From positions 210,988,001-211,052,000 of the forward strand of contig NC_058368.1 in NCBI RefSeq assembly GCF_018350175.1: DNA of 64,000 nucleotides, written 5' to 3'. This DNA comes from Felis catus (Eukaryota). Below are positions 37,174 to 50,869 of the stretch, piece after piece; the first letter of the stretch is position 1, and each line of letters starts with the position of its first letter. Made by a program: the position numbers and the translations under genes. The notes below the pieces were generated by a model. It saw only the letters and a program-made list of their open reading frames with translations. It was not told the DNA's origin and made no database searches.

Positions 37174-38757
37174 TGAACTAATATCTTAAAGTCATACGCT
37201 TTCACTTTTGTATCAAGGGGGTGAAAGACCTCTTGGAAAAGCAGCTTGTGCCCAGTTCTGTTGGGTCTACAGGAAAGGTGGACATGGAGGGAGCATTCAA
37301 AATGGAATGGAGAACTCAGGGACAGAACAAAACTTATTAAATGAGCATAAAATAAAATAGAACCAATGGCAGAATAAGAGAAAGAGAACAAATGGAATAG
37401 TAATAATAACAAGTAAAAAAAAAAAAGACCTTAGGGGATGTTTATTATACATCAGACATTCTTCTCAAATATTGACGTATTTCAACACACTTAATCATGA
37501 TACCAACTCATGGCGATCAGAAAACTTGTCAGTTTGAGCTACAAGTGCAGAAGGTGTTGAAACACAGTGAAGGAAGTGAGAGAGACACAACCAAGAAGCA
37601 AAGGTGAAGGAACCGGAGGGAATGGACGGAGGGAGGGAAGCAGAAGGAATCTGAAGGGAAGGCCGTTAGTGACAGGAAATGACTGGAAATAAGAAAGTCA
37701 GAGTTGTTTCTTTGAGGAAACGGGGAGGGGAGGCTTGAGAGGACTGAAGGAGTTCAAAGCACAACACTGCAGCAAACATGAGAGTGTCCCTTTATTGTGT
37801 TGAATTATGCCAAAGTTCTCTCCCTGTCCCCTCCCACACGTCTGGCCCTGCTCTGTGTCCAAGGACACCCAGACAGTGGTGAGCCTGACCTGGATCTCCA
37901 GTCACAGGCTCCACTGAGCCTCAGTGGCAAGTGGCAGGAGACAGGCCACCTGCAGCCAGTGTTATCAGGGGTTATTAAGAGGCCACACCTGCCAGCCCTT
38001 CGGAAAGGCTCATGCCCACCTGCTCACCGGAAGCCTTCTTTACATCCTAGCCTGAAAGAGTTGGAGTTAATTGGTAGATTTAATGCAATGTGTTGAATGG
38101 AAAGGGGGCAGAAGGGGTAGGGGGGCGGTGGGAGACACAAGCAGAAGATTCAAAATTGCAAGGCCTGGGTTTTAGCCCCAGTTCTAAAATCTGGTGGCTT
38201 TGACCAAGTCATTCCTCCTCTCTGCCCCTTCATTCCTTCATATCAAACTGTGACTGTTGGAACATTCTCTGAGATTCATTCTAGCTCTAATGTGGTATGT
38301 TTTCGAAGGCCTTCTGACGTAATGGATGTAAGCCTGTTTTTGACAAATAAAAGTTGTTATTGTTGATTCATTTGATAATAAGATTCTAGGTTTTCCATCC
38401 ATACCACTGTGGCTTGAACTCTGAAGGGGTAAACTCAGGCAATGTGGTGAGGGGATTACTCAACCCCAACAGGTGGTTTGGGTGCTTGCAAGAAGGGACA
38501 GGCTGGCCCGTCTGGGTCACCCCAGCCACCCGCAGCATAATGCACCAAGAGCAGACTCCCACTCTAGTCAGATGCTCCCAGATCAGCATATGCTGACAAT
38601 TTGCCACAGCAGAGCCACTTGTCTGAACTTAAAGTCTGTTAGCTGAAGCCTAATTAAAACTTGGCAGTTGCTTGGAAAAACAAAGTCATTCCATAATACT
38701 ATTTTGTCATTGCAGAAAGCTTTAATTAGAAGGACTTGTAAAGAATGGGCCATCTTT

Positions 38758-38966
38758 GGGGCACCTGGGTGGCTCAGTCGGTTAAGCACTCGACCTCAGC
38801 TCAGGTCATGATATCGTGGTTCATGGGTTCAGGCCCTGCATCAGGTTCTGTGCTGACATCTCAGAGCCTGCAGCCTGTTTCAGATTCTGTGTCTCCCTTT
38901 CTCTCTGCCCCTCTCCTGCTTACAACTCTCTCAAAAATAAATAAACATTAAAAAAATTTTTTAAAA
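38758..38966 (+). mobile_element. CanSINE
   Basis: TSD aaag(a/g)atgggc(c/a)atcttt. Confidence 0.94.
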
Positions 38967-40887
38967 AAAGGATGGGCAATCTTTTCAAGTGTGTGTTACC
39001 TTTAGTACTAGCTAAGGTGCTCATCTAGAATAATCCTTTGCTGAGGGTCTTTGATGAGACAGCTGTTCTCTCAGTGCAACTTTGAGGAATAAGAGCTGGT
39101 AGTTTTTTCCTACAGTTGGGAGTAAGCAAAAAAATATTTTGCTCATCTGAAGGATGTATAGAAAATATCCAAATCATGTAATAACAAATATAACTCAAAT
39201 GTCCCCAATGACTTCTATATCCTCTCTTCAATTCTGCAGGCCATCTTCTTATTCTTAAGCATTTGCTGGGGTTTTCCGTTCTACCAGTTTCCTGACCCCA
39301 AGGTACATTACACCCTGACCCCAGGGTATATTTCCGGTACATTAGTGCTCCTGAAAATTCAAAATCTTTCCCCTAATGGTTTGGTGTTTAAGATTCTGAA
39401 TATAAAGTGATACGAACAGCACCCACCTGGGGTTTTCCAAGAATGACCTAGAGAGACTTGCCAGGTGAATTCTCAGTTCCTCTTTTTTAGGCTGCACTGA
39501 GGCCTCTCTTGACCTTGGTAAGTTTTCTAAAGTAGTCATTGTTTTGAGCTGTGGTTTAAAAGTTTCAACTTGAAGCGGATTCTGTAGTAAATAAGAAAGT
39601 AAAAATTACTGTTCTTGGGGAAGAGCGGTGATTGGTGGGTAACCTGTCCCCCTCTATAAGGCAGTTCAGTGGTTTAGCTCTCTGTCCTCCTAGAGGTACC
39701 ATAGTAATGAGATAGACTGACTCTTCTAACTTCTTTCGCCTCATTTTGTCACTTAATCAACTGAAGATAAAAACATCATTTTGTCCCCCCCAAACTGACA
39801 GAGGCATTACATTTGGGATATGGCATATGTTCCCAATGAACATGGCAGCTGCCATGGGTAGGGTAGTTTCCTCAGAAAGAACATGAAAGGAAGAAAGTGG
39901 AGGGGCCTCTGGAAATTTTCAGCAAGGCTAATGTGAGCACAGGAAAAAGGAGGGTGCTCTGAGGACAAGCCTAAAACTCAGATCTTGTTTGATAACCTGT
40001 AATCACTACTGGATCACATCTACACTCTGCCTGAAAAATCTGCTGTGTTGAAACGGAAAGAGGCCCTGAAGATGAGAAATGTGGATCTTGGGGCCTCTTG
40101 CTGAATGCATTCAAAACAATGTGGAACAAGGTAGAATGTTAGGACGTATGTCCCCATGAACTAGTGACAGGTAAAAATACAAGGTAAACTACCCCAGTGT
40201 GGTCTTTGATGCCTACCTGTATTCTTATTTATTTTTGTTTTGTCTTTTATATACAACCGATTGTTTGGAAGTTATATCCATCTAATTTTCCAGCATTGGA
40301 AATTATGAGAATGGTTCCAGACACATAAATCAATTGACGTAACTCTGCACTTAGAGCAAGACATTGCTTTCAGTTTTGTGTAGTTCACTGCCATTCCCAT
40401 ATTATATGAATTTTCAAAAATAAAGCTAAGGGCTAAATAATAAATCAATCTATCCAACTTCCAAGGCTACTCCAATACTGTCACCAAGCCTCAAGGGACC
40501 CATCAAGCAGTTATTCAGAGTGAAGCAGAGACCTAAGCTTCTAGATAAGGTATTGTTGAGCCAGTACATGCCAATTCAGCAGAGGTACCTGAACTTTCTG
40601 TACGTGTAGGTTTTCAAAGGAAAATTATAAAATATCTCCCTTTCTATGTAACACCAACATATACTAGTATGACCATTTCTTACAACATCATTCCTACAAG
40701 GTAGTGGAACAGAATGGTAATATTTACAAATCCTTTGGTTTTGGTACAGGGATATTTTTATTCCTGGGAATATGAAAACACAATAAAAATTTGACCCTTC
40801 ATTTAAGTCATAGCCCTATAGGTAAATATTTTGGACCATCCACATCTATTAAAATCAAGTTTGCTGCTTCTCTAGATCACTCCTTCT

Positions 40888-41425
40888 ATAGTAGCCAGCC
40901 TCCAACATGGCCCCAAAGATCGTTATGTACATGTGTTCACACCCTTGTATATTTCTCTTCCGTGTTTTACCAGGGTTAATCCAATAGGACACGGCAGGAG
41001 TGATGGTAATATTATTTCTCAGAATAGGTCATAAAAGACCTTGTGATTTCTGCCTCACGTTCTTTCTCTTGGATTGCTCACTCTGGGAGATGCTAGCTAC
41101 CATTTTGTGAGAACACTCAAACTTCCTTACAGAGAGGCCCGTGTATGAAGAGCAACTGAGGCCAACAGCCAGTGAGGAACTGAAAAGTCCTGCCACCAGC
41201 CACAGTAGTGAACTTGGAGGCAGAATCCTCTCACCTGGTCAAGCCTCGGGTGGCTGTAGTCTTGGCCAATATCTCATTCACAATCTCATGACAGACCCTG
41301 AACTAGAATCAACCCACTGAGCTTCTCCTTAATGCCTGACTCATGGAAATTATAAGATAATAAATGTATATTGTTTTCAGCCAGTAGGTTTTGGGGAAAC
41401 TTGTTATGCAGTAACAACTAATGTA
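40888..41425 (+). mobile_element. MaLR LTR (MLT1F-like)
   Basis: gccagcctccaacatggcccca...gctcactctggga...ataataaatgtatattgtttt...ttgttatgcagtaac. Confidence 0.8.
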
Positions 41426-43007
41426 CTCTCCTTTCTGGTCTTAAATGATTTAAGATTGATGCTTTATCATTTATTTCTCTAAACTTATATAGTCCAAAGT
41501 TACTTATGTCCTCTAAAAGTGCAAGTTCAGGAATTTCTTTAATCAATTTAAATGAAATGTAAGATCTTATTCCAAGGTTTTATGCTGAAAAAGCCTTCAG
41601 TCTCCTTAGCTATAGAGATTGTCCCACAAGGCTTTTCTTTGAGGATTGAGTCACACAAATATATGACTGAAAAACACTTATTTTGTTGATATAAATATAA
41701 TCAAGATGCTAAATTGTGATTGAGGTAAGAATGAAAGGCAATGGAAGTCACTTTAAATGCTTCATCCACTAAAAATCACCTCAAGAAATTCCTTTTAATG
41801 CTTTGCTTATTTAAAATAGAAAAACCTCTACCTTCTCCTCCATAAATTGTTAGAGTTAGCACTTTAAAAATTAGGTTTCTGAAGCATTCTTGAGTGTCAG
41901 TTTTCTTCTTATCTAAGACACAAACAGTTTGAGCATGACTCATTCACCCCCATGTTTCCCTGGTAAATCAGCTGACTCTCAAGAAAGATTCTGTGGTTGA
42001 AAATCTGCTCCTGAATCTTGCAGTATTTTCCCAACATGTTGGTAATACCGTATTCCCATTGACTTAAGATATCCTCAGTTGAGAGGCATGGCCCTGGGCC
42101 TCCAATTTTTAATCCTCTGTGCTGTATTTTACCTTGAAATCCTCTCCGTGACCAAGCCAAATTTATCACCTTGACAGTCCAAGCATCTCTTAACCAGAGG
42201 CCAATAACTTGAGGAGTCGCTCAGTGGGATCTTTCTGTGATTCTAGGCTGTTTACTAGAAACAAAGTGGATACACATAAATAACCATCGTTAAGCTTTTT
42301 TGTGACTTTGTGAAATAGTTTGCAAATGAAAATAGATGGCTATATCAATGAAAGGAAGATAAGAAAAAAGCCAACTTATTTACATGCTTCTTTTTTTTAA
42401 TTAAAAATGCCAGTAACCAGAATAAGTTATGCGTAACACTTCTATTCATAATTTTCTTTTTGCCTAATGGAAGAGTCAAACATAGAGAAAGGAAGGAAGG
42501 CCACACATCTGAGCTGACATTTCAGCATCTAAGACAAAAAGAGACATGTGCAAACAGGTTAATGGCCTCCACATGCAATGCCAGCACACCCTGTGACCAA
42601 ATAAAGAAGGAAAGGCACGCTTATGCCTTCAACAGTCTCTAATGTCTCTAATTGAAGACAATGGCCATCAGTGGGTTTATCCTACGGAGCTTCAAGTATT
42701 TAAAATCCAGGTTGTTTTTTTACCTTAATTTTATGCTTGATACTTTTTGCAACTTTCCCCTAGAACTTATTTATTCATTTTCCATCTAATTTCTGAGCAT
42801 AGGTCATCTTAATCAGATTTTTAATAGCTTGTTCCTCAGAGAGTTAATTGCCCTTACAGTTTCACTAATCTAATCTTAATGAGCCCCAAGGACTCAATCT
42901 TCAAAAATGACGTATTAATGATGAAAATATCATCAAAGATCCACACACTTTTAAGGATGAGAGTTCTGATCTAAAATGTGCTCATATGTGCCCATGAAAC
43001 TAGACTC

Positions 43008-43192
43008 AGAGCACCGTCCAATGGACTCATCTGCAATGATAGAAATATTCCACATCTGCACTGTCCAGCACAGTAGACACTAACCACATGTGACTTTTGG
43101 ACATTTGAAATATGGCTAGACTGAAGAAGAGTTTCTTCTAATTTTGTGTCATTTTAATTAGTTTAAATTCGGCTACCATATTGGACAGCACG
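43008..43192. mobile_element. MER3-like hAT-Charlie element
   Basis: gtccaatggactcatctgcaatgatagaaatattccacatctgcactgtcca...ggctaccatattggacagcac. Confidence 0.75.
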
Positions 43193-45359
43193 AAAGAGTC
43201 TCATGAATTAGCCCATTTGGTCTTTTGAACTAGAAGCATTTTGAAGCTGAAAATGTCACAGCAGAACTAAATGGAATAAGATTCCATCTAGAAATGCCTA
43301 GTTTTGAGTCCATATGCTGTGTCCCAACATCCATGTAAACTGGGCAAATCTTTTTGATTGGTTCTCAGATGCATGGCTTTCCCATGCCTTTGAATGATAT
43401 TTTCCTATGTGTGATTTAGGACACCCTCTCATATGTCCTTGGAGAGGACTTGAGAGGTACAGAGATGTGGTTAGTGCTAAATCATCCATTCTTTGATGTT
43501 TCTGAAACTGGCTTTTATCCAAACCACCTTCCCCCTAGAATTATAGCCTTGTTTCCCTCATTTCACTAGTTATGAAGTAGATGCTCAAAACATTTGTGAG
43601 CCCTCCATTGTGGAAAAAAAAAAGACTCTGGTTTTTGGTCCAAGTGCTTCCCTTTCTCAATCGATAGAAAATCCTGGGGCACTTTTTTCACCCCTCTCAC
43701 TCCAGAGAGGAAGCTTGAAAGCCATCAACAAAGGACAAACACTCAATTTTTGCATGTTTCCAAAGGTAAGACATTACTGTATAGATGAGTGATATGTGCC
43801 TGCGTATTTAAATATTCTGATCTTTTACACAGTTTAATATTTAAGTGGTGTCCATAGGACTAAACGTTCTGTGTGAAAACATTGATAGTAATATTTCACC
43901 AGATATATGAATGTATAAATTTAGATCTTCATGGGGCACCATTCCCCCCTGCAAAAGGATTTCTTGCTTTCAAAAAGATCACATTCACTCCTTTAAATAT
44001 GGTACATATAAATGTTTATTTACCAAACCCCATTTACTTGTTCTGTAATCGTTCTAGGTAACTAAATACTTACTTAATTGTCTCATTCGTCTGTAAGAAC
44101 AAACCAAAGGGTAGACAAAGCAGTCCCCAAATTATAACACTGTTTTTAAGAACTCTGATTAAAGTCATAGAAATTCACACATCTTTATAAAAACAGAGCT
44201 TTTTAAAAATGACAGATTCTAGATTTTACCAAATATTTAGCTGGAGGGATATATTTTTAAAATGCATTCTTTTATCATTATTTTACTTATGAGTAACACC
44301 CACTTTTTCCTCTGCTTTAGAAGTGACTTTAGTTTCTAAGGAGAGAGCATAGCATCTGAAAAGTATTCTTGATTCCATTCTGGCAGGACTTGTCTTGTGT
44401 CCCATCGTCTCTGGTCTTCTCTTATCTTGTCTAAGACCAGGCCTGCAGGCAGGCCAGAATTCCTTCAAGCAAATAAAGGAACCCATTTCTTACAGTAGCC
44501 TGGTTAGCCTCCTTCAGGCTGCTGGGGTCTCCTGCCCAACCCCGGACCCTTGCCTAGAGCCTGGCCATGGTTTCCATATTGTTTGGCTTGACTTCATTTC
44601 TAGGTGAGAACCTTCGTCTAGATTCCAACACCTATTTACTTTCATTTCCCAAGTTCTGACACATTGTCTTATCAGATGTAATCTGATGTAATCTTCTTCC
44701 TGCCTGGGTTATGTTTTCTACCTGTTGTTTCCTATCTTCACTGACTTCATAAACGTGAGTTTTTTGCCACCTTGACTTGTGTTTCTACATTGACTCTCTT
44801 GCTGTATTTGTTGATGTTTTCTGGATTTATTATAAACCTTAAATGCAAAAACAAACTGAGTCTCAGAGAAAGGAAGTGATTTCCCCCAAGGTCACCCAGC
44901 AAGTAAAACGCAGGTCACTGGGTTTATGGTTCTAATTACCTCCCATCACACTTTCTGCCCCTGACACCTGGTAAGGTCCAGTGCTCCAGGCCACACTCCA
45001 CACTGATAGGTGGGGAGCCCAGTCCTCCCACTGGCAGCCCAAAGCTGCATCTTTCCACACTATCTTCACGTCACTAGAGACACAAATGTGAAAAAGCACA
45101 ACACTATAAACCCAAGAAACTACCTGAAATATGCAAAACATAATGAAAAAACTGTTTGGATGTACAGGTCCTTGGGCTTAACAAAATCTCTGCATTGATT
45201 TATTTGTTATTAAGTAAGAATATTGTTACACATAGGAATATTTCCAAGCATTGCTAGTAACGTAAAATACCTTTATAATTCAAGAGTAAGTTCCATTTCA
45301 ACGTCTTATGATCTAAGAATTTAACTGAGAGAGATGTGGTGGTTGAGTAACTTATTTTT

Positions 45360-45567
45360 TTTTAATGTTTATTTATTTTTGAGACAGAGAGAGACAGAGC
45401 ATGAGAAGAGGAGGGGAAGAGAGAGAGAGGGAGATACAGAATCTGAAGCAGGCTCCAGGCTCCGAGCTGTCAGGACAGAGCCCAACGCGGGGTTCGAATT
45501 CATGAGCTGTGAGATCGTGACCTGAGCCAAAGTCAGACACTTAACCGACTGAGCCACCCATGCGTCC
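45360..45567 (-). mobile_element. CanSINE
   Basis: Perfect TSD ttgagtaacttattttt at 45343-45359 and 45568-45584. Confidence 0.95.
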
Positions 45568-45997
45568 TTGAGTAACTTATTTTTAACCTGACAATAATGT
45601 CATCCATCTGAGTCACTGGAATTTATTATTAAATGATATATTTTATCTTTGACATTCCGAGGGCAATTTGCTCTTTAAGAATGGACCAAACCTGATGACT
45701 TATGTCCTTTGGAAAGATGAGTCAGTTATCTGAACACTCTAACACTTGTTCTGTGGATATCTGAATTTGCCAATCTGAAGGATATGCTCCCTTTTACCTA
45801 ACCTGACAAGCCACATACGAAAGAGAACGTATTCCAGGGGCAATACCTTGAATATTTAAGTCTGTTTGTATAGAAATGCGCTAAACAGAGTCATAATATT
45901 CAGAACGGGATAATACACAACCTAAACCAAAGAATACTCCAAATGAGCTCACGCATTCATTAGAAATATCTAAACCGTATTGAGCCAGGCTAATAGC

Positions 45998-46870
45998 TGA
46001 CGTCATCTTACTAAATGGTGTGTAAATAACAGGCATGGTGGTGGAGGGAGGAATGGACTTTGAAGAAGTGTTCCAGAGGTTAATGGATGAAATGAAGAAA
46101 GTTTCCAGACATATTTGAGGGAGATGATATCCAAAATGTACTTCACAGGCAAATAGACGCTGAGCCTTTCTGAGTTCCACAGTTCCTGTATCACATGCCA
46201 GGGACAGAGAGAGACTGTGACAGTAGTTTTTGCTTTCTGAGTGGGTGGTTAAGTAATACAAAGAAGATAGTTACTTTATGCTGGGCTCCATTCAATCTGC
46301 GATCTGCTGCAGAGCACAAGTAATCATCAAAAAGCCCATGCTTCACAACTGCTATTTTTGGCTTCTTTCATTATCAGAAGGCCAACCTGGTGTAAGCCAA
46401 GATAATCAGCAGATGGGCAGACCAACATATCAAAGGCACCCGAGTCCACTAAATGCAATTTAGTGGGAGAAAAAAACAAAAAGAACACCCAGGGAAGAGT
46501 CCTTTGGGCATCAGTCCAGCCCATTACATTGAGAAAATGAAAAGAGCTGCTTTTAAGGGTCTCAGCCTTGGCAAGGTGGGCTGTTATTTCCGGCGCTGCT
46601 GTGGAATCAATCTAACCGGAAGTGGAAAGAGTCCTGCGGTGCTATGGCAACCACAGCCGCTGCAGGAGGGGAGGAGGGCCCCACAGGCCGACCTGATGGC
46701 AGACTGAGAAGGTACATTCTGGTGAAGGGGACCCTCAGGACCCAGTCTGACCCCAGTCCCTGGGACGTCACTTTTCCCCAGTGGCAACGCCCATTGGGGA
46801 AGACAGGCTCTCCTCCCCTTAGGAAAACAAGTCCTACCTGCAGCTTGGACACGCACACAACCATGGGTGA
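45998..46870. promoter_or_regulatory. Candidate promoter or enhancer: CRE, two ETS sites and an RFX X-box
   Basis: TGACGTCA 45998-46005; ATTTCCGG 46586-46593; ACCGGAAGTG 46615-46624; GGTGCTATGGCAAC 46638-46651; GACGTCA 46764-46770; local CpG retention in non-repeat DNA. Confidence 0.45.
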
Positions 46871-47015
46871 GAGGGCAGAGGAGTATATTTGTGGCCTCTT
46901 TTTCACATGTCCCTTCATGTGACTGTCCAGCCTGAGATGGAGATGGAGCAGCAAGCGACGCTGCTATGTGACAGTGACACACTACAGGACCTTTATTCAG
47001 AAACATTCTACGGGA

Positions 47016-47235
47016 GGGACCCCTGAATGGCTCAGTCGTTGGGCGTCCGATCTCGGCTCAGGTCATGATCTCGCGGTCTGTGAGTTCGAGCCCCGCATCG
47101 GGCTCTGTGCTGACAGCTCAGAGCCTGGAGCCTGCCTCGGATTCTGTGTCTCCCTCTCTCTCTGCCCCTCCCCTGCTCATGCTCTGTCTCTCTCTGTCTC
47201 AAAAATAAATAAAAACATTAAAAAAAAAAAAAAAA
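47016..47235 (+). mobile_element. CanSINE
   Basis: TSD agaaacattcta(c/t)ggga at 46999-47015 and 47236-47252. Confidence 0.95.
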
Positions 47236-47589
47236 AGAAACATTCTATGGGACCGCCTCCTCCACACGCCAAACACTGGCATGAGAGTCTTTTGCAGCTT
47301 TTCTTTAAGATGAAAAGTTTTCATATATTTTCTCTCAACTCTTCACATCCACCAACTTCATCCCTCCTCTCTTTTCTCTCACCATGTTGCCACTGCCATC
47401 TCTCCTCACTAAGCTTAAGGTGGGGACAATGATATACAAATTTCACTGGCCGGAATAGAATAAAATAGCTAACTGGTTCCATGAAAAAGGGTTTAACTCA
47501 GGAAGGCCAAAGGCGCAAGAACAAACGGTTGACTGGACTCTTTGTTAGTCCACTGCAGTGTCTCTCGATTGTCAATGAAATTTTTCTTT

Positions 47590-47622
47590 TTAAAAAAAAT
47601 TTTTTTTCAATGCCCATTTATC

Positions 47623-47669
<47 letters not shown>

Positions 47670-47833
47670 ATGTGAGCAGGGGAGGGGCAGAGAGGGAGTC
47701 ACAGAATCCGAAGCAGGCTCCAGGCTCTGAGTTGTCAGCACAGAGCCCAACGTGGGGCTCAAACCCATGAACGGTGAGATCATGACCTGAGCCGAAGTCG
47801 GATGCTTAACCGACTGAGCCACCCAGGCGCCCC
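47590..47833 (-). mobile_element. CanSINE with expanded (GA)n
   Basis: Typical; flanked by tcaatga...tttttctt. Confidence 0.94.
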
Positions 47834-48043
47834 TCAATGAGTTTTTTCTTATGTCACATTTAAGTCCCTTTGGTCTTCATTTTAATCCTTTTCTATCCCA
47901 CCCATTCAAACTTGAGTGATCATAAGGACCCACTGCCTTTATCTGTATCTGGCATCTCTTCATGAATTTCCCCATCTGTCTGAGAAGGTCACTGTTCTGT
48001 AATTATTGAAAAGTGCTAACGTATGGCAGAATACATCTCCTAT

Positions 48044-48497
48044 GTAAGACAGAAGCTGCTACTTGTTCCTGAACAGTCATTCTTCCCTTCTTTATAGAAC
48101 TTTCCATTTCTAATTGGGCACAAGTCCTCCTAGAGTAAATATCACTTATCCCATCTTCCTGTATAGCTAGTTACAGCCATGTTACTAAAATCTGATCACA
48201 GGAATGTGAGAAGAAATTATGAAAGCACTTTCCAACTCGTGTCCTTGAAGAATAAGCCATTCCTACTTCCTCTCCCACATCATGCTGGTGCTAAGCCATG
48301 TTTAGACCATGTGGGCAAAGTCAATATCCTAGAGGTGACGGAGCAACAGAAACGTTTCCGATACTCTCATGGAAAACAGCCATTCTACCAGCCCTGAACC
48401 ACATAATTCTGGGTGTTACATTTGAAGGAAATGAACTTGTATTTTGTTTAAGCCAGTGGTATATTGGCTGCTTTCACGCTGCTAAATCTAATAAACA
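48044..48497 (+). mobile_element. Old MaLR LTR (MLT1I/J-like)
   Basis: cattcttcccttcttt...agctagttacagccatgttactaa...ttgtttaagcca. Confidence 0.6.
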
Positions 48498-49334
48498 TGT
48501 TTATCCATCTACATTTATTTCCTGTATTTTACCAACCTGGCTAGAAAACTTGGGGGGTCTGCAGCAATGCAGATTCTATGGGAATTTGTCAGAGACTGCC
48601 TCAGGGTGCCAGAAATCTGACCCAAGATGTCAAAAATTAGCAAGAGATGAGGTTGTAATGCAAGACACTAGGATAACAGTCCCCCAAATATAGGCAATTA
48701 AGATAAGGGAAGCCAAATCTGACAATCACACAAAAAGAGTCCCAAAGAGAGTATACACATGTTATCAGACATATGGGAAATCTAGCACAGTGGCCTTGAC
48801 AGGTAGTGTCAGGAGGCTGGGCAGAGGAATTCTAAAAGCTTCAAAGACCATAGCTACAAAGTGAAATGTGCAAACATTTTCTCTGCCCACTGGCTATAGG
48901 CTTCTGATACCTTTTATACTGAAGTGGTCCAGGCTTACTGATGTAGGTGCATCTCATGGTTCTCTGGTCTTGAAAGCACATGGCCTACATCCAAGCAGGA
49001 AACTCACTGCTGATATCAGAAAGGCAGGCTGTAATCTTCACAGTGAATTTGAGGCCTCACTGATAGAAACCTAGACCATAAGGATTCCTCTGGAACCAAT
49101 GGGAGAGAAAGACTTGAGCTCAGGGCTTAGACTGCACTATCTAATATGGTAGCCATCAGCCACATGTGTCTACTAAATGAAGTGTGGCTAGTCAGAATTA
49201 AGATATGCTGTAAATATAAAACAAACAATGGATTTTGAAGACAGAGCAAAAATAGAGTGCAAAATATCTCATTAATATTTTTATATTGATTACATGTAGA
49301 AATGGTGTTTTGGATATATTAAATGGACTATATT

Positions 49335-49549
49335 TTTTTAAAATTTTATTTATTTATTTATTTTTAGGACAGAGAGAGACAGAGCATGAACGGGGGAGGG
49401 TCAGAGAGAGGGAGACACAGAATCTGAAACAGGCTCCAGGCTCTGAGCTGTCAGCACAGAGCCCAACTGGGGGCTCGAACTCACGGACCGCGAGATCATG
49501 ACCTGAGGTGAAGTCGGCCGCTTAACTGACTGAGCCACCCAGGCGCCCC
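49335..49549 (-). mobile_element. CanSINE
   Basis: TSD taaatggactatatt at 49320-49334 and 49550-49564. Confidence 0.95.
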
Positions 49550-49583
49550 TAAATGGACTATATTATTAAAATTAACTCCTCCT

Positions 49584-49788
49584 GGGGTACCTGAATGACT
49601 CAGTCAGTTGACCCTCCGGCTTCGGCTCAGGTCATGATCTCACGGTTAGTGAGTTCCAGCCCCCTATCAGGATCTCTGCTGCAGTGAGGAGCCTGCTTTA
49701 GATCTTCTGTCTCCCTCTCTCTCTACCCCTCCCCCACTTGCACTTTTTCTCACTCTCTTTCTCAAAAATAAAGAAACTTAAAAAAAAA
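49584..49788 (+). mobile_element. CanSINE
   Basis: Typical; degenerate TSD taa(c/t)tcctcct. Confidence 0.92.
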
Positions 49789-50375
49789 TAATTCCTCCTA
49801 TTTCTTTTTACTTTATTTTATATGGGACCTCCAAAAAATGCAAAATTACATCTGTAGCTCACATTATATTTCTATTGAATAGGGCTGGTCTAGACCCTGG
49901 GTTTCTAATACCTGGATGGAACTTTTGTTTTCCCAGGTGAGAGAAGGTTCAGAGTGCAGACATCTGATACCTGAGTCGCCTCTCATCCCCAGAGTAGCAT
50001 GTAGCCAATTTAAGTCCAATCATTTCCTTTCCTTTCTTGTTTGATAAGCCCAAATATTTTGGTTAATGGAAACACTCAGCCATGGCAATGGGATTCTGTG
50101 CCCTTTCTCTCCTGAAGAGATAATTTTTGACCAAATTCTTGATCTCCTGTAAGTGTTATAAGGCAGTTTTAACCATTGAAAGTTGAAAAATCTAGTTGAT
50201 TTAGAGACATTGGAAAAATAGTAGGAGACACTTTTTATATTGGCTTTTTTCATTGACTTGACTAAATAGTCATTGCAGTCTGTCCTAAAGCTATATCTCC
50301 TGTTAGCATAAAAAATGTGCCCTTACATGTAATACAACAGGGTAAGGAGTCTAGACAAAATTTAAATAATCACTC

Positions 50376-50601
50376 TTTTTTTTTTTTTCAACGTTTTTTT
50401 TTTTTAATTTATTTTTGGGACAGAGAGAGACAGAGCATGAACGGGGGAGGGGCAGAGAGAGCGGGAGACACAGAATCGGAAACAGGCTCCAGGCTCCGAG
50501 CCATCAGCCCAGAGCCTGACGCGGGGCTCGAACTCACGGACCGCGAGATCGTGACCTGGCTGAAGTCGGATGCTTAACCGACTGCGCCACCCAGGCGCCC
50601 C
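50376..50601 (-). mobile_element. Young felid CanSINE (tandem copy 1)
   Basis: CpG-rich SINEC_Fc-type sequence. Confidence 0.96.
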
Positions 50602-50606
<5 letters not shown>

Positions 50607-50648
<42 letters not shown>

Positions 50649-50869
50649 ATTTTTTTTTTTTTTCAACGTTTATTTATTTTTGGGACAGAGAGAGACAGAG
50701 CATGAATGGGGGAGGGGCAGAGAGAGAGGGAGACACAGAATCGGAAACAGGCTCCAGGCTCTGAGCCATCATCAGCCCAGAGCCCGACGTGGGGCTCGAA
50801 CTCACGGACCGCGAGATCATGACCTGGCTGAAGTTGGACGCTTAACCAACTGCGCCACCCAGGCGCCCC
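50607..50869 (-). mobile_element. Young felid CanSINE (tandem copy 2) with a long pure tail
   Basis: SINEC_Fc-type; T38 run at 50607-50644. Confidence 0.96.

Larger units (their letters stand above)
49128..49895. mobile_element. MER33-like element split by two CanSINEs
   Basis: ctaatatggtagccatcagccacatgtg...aaaattacatctgtagctcacattatatttctattgaatagggctggtctaga. Confidence 0.8.

Noticed and set aside
38104..38131. G-run cluster with G-quadruplex potential
   Set aside because: Common motif with no supporting context.
38583..38596. Perfect palindrome tcagcatatgctga
   Set aside because: A single 14-bp palindrome is expected by chance in 64 kb.
46644..46922. 92-aa ORF MATTAAAGGEEG... beginning inside the X-box
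   Set aside because: No recognisable homology; the ATG is part of the motif and the length is within chance expectation.
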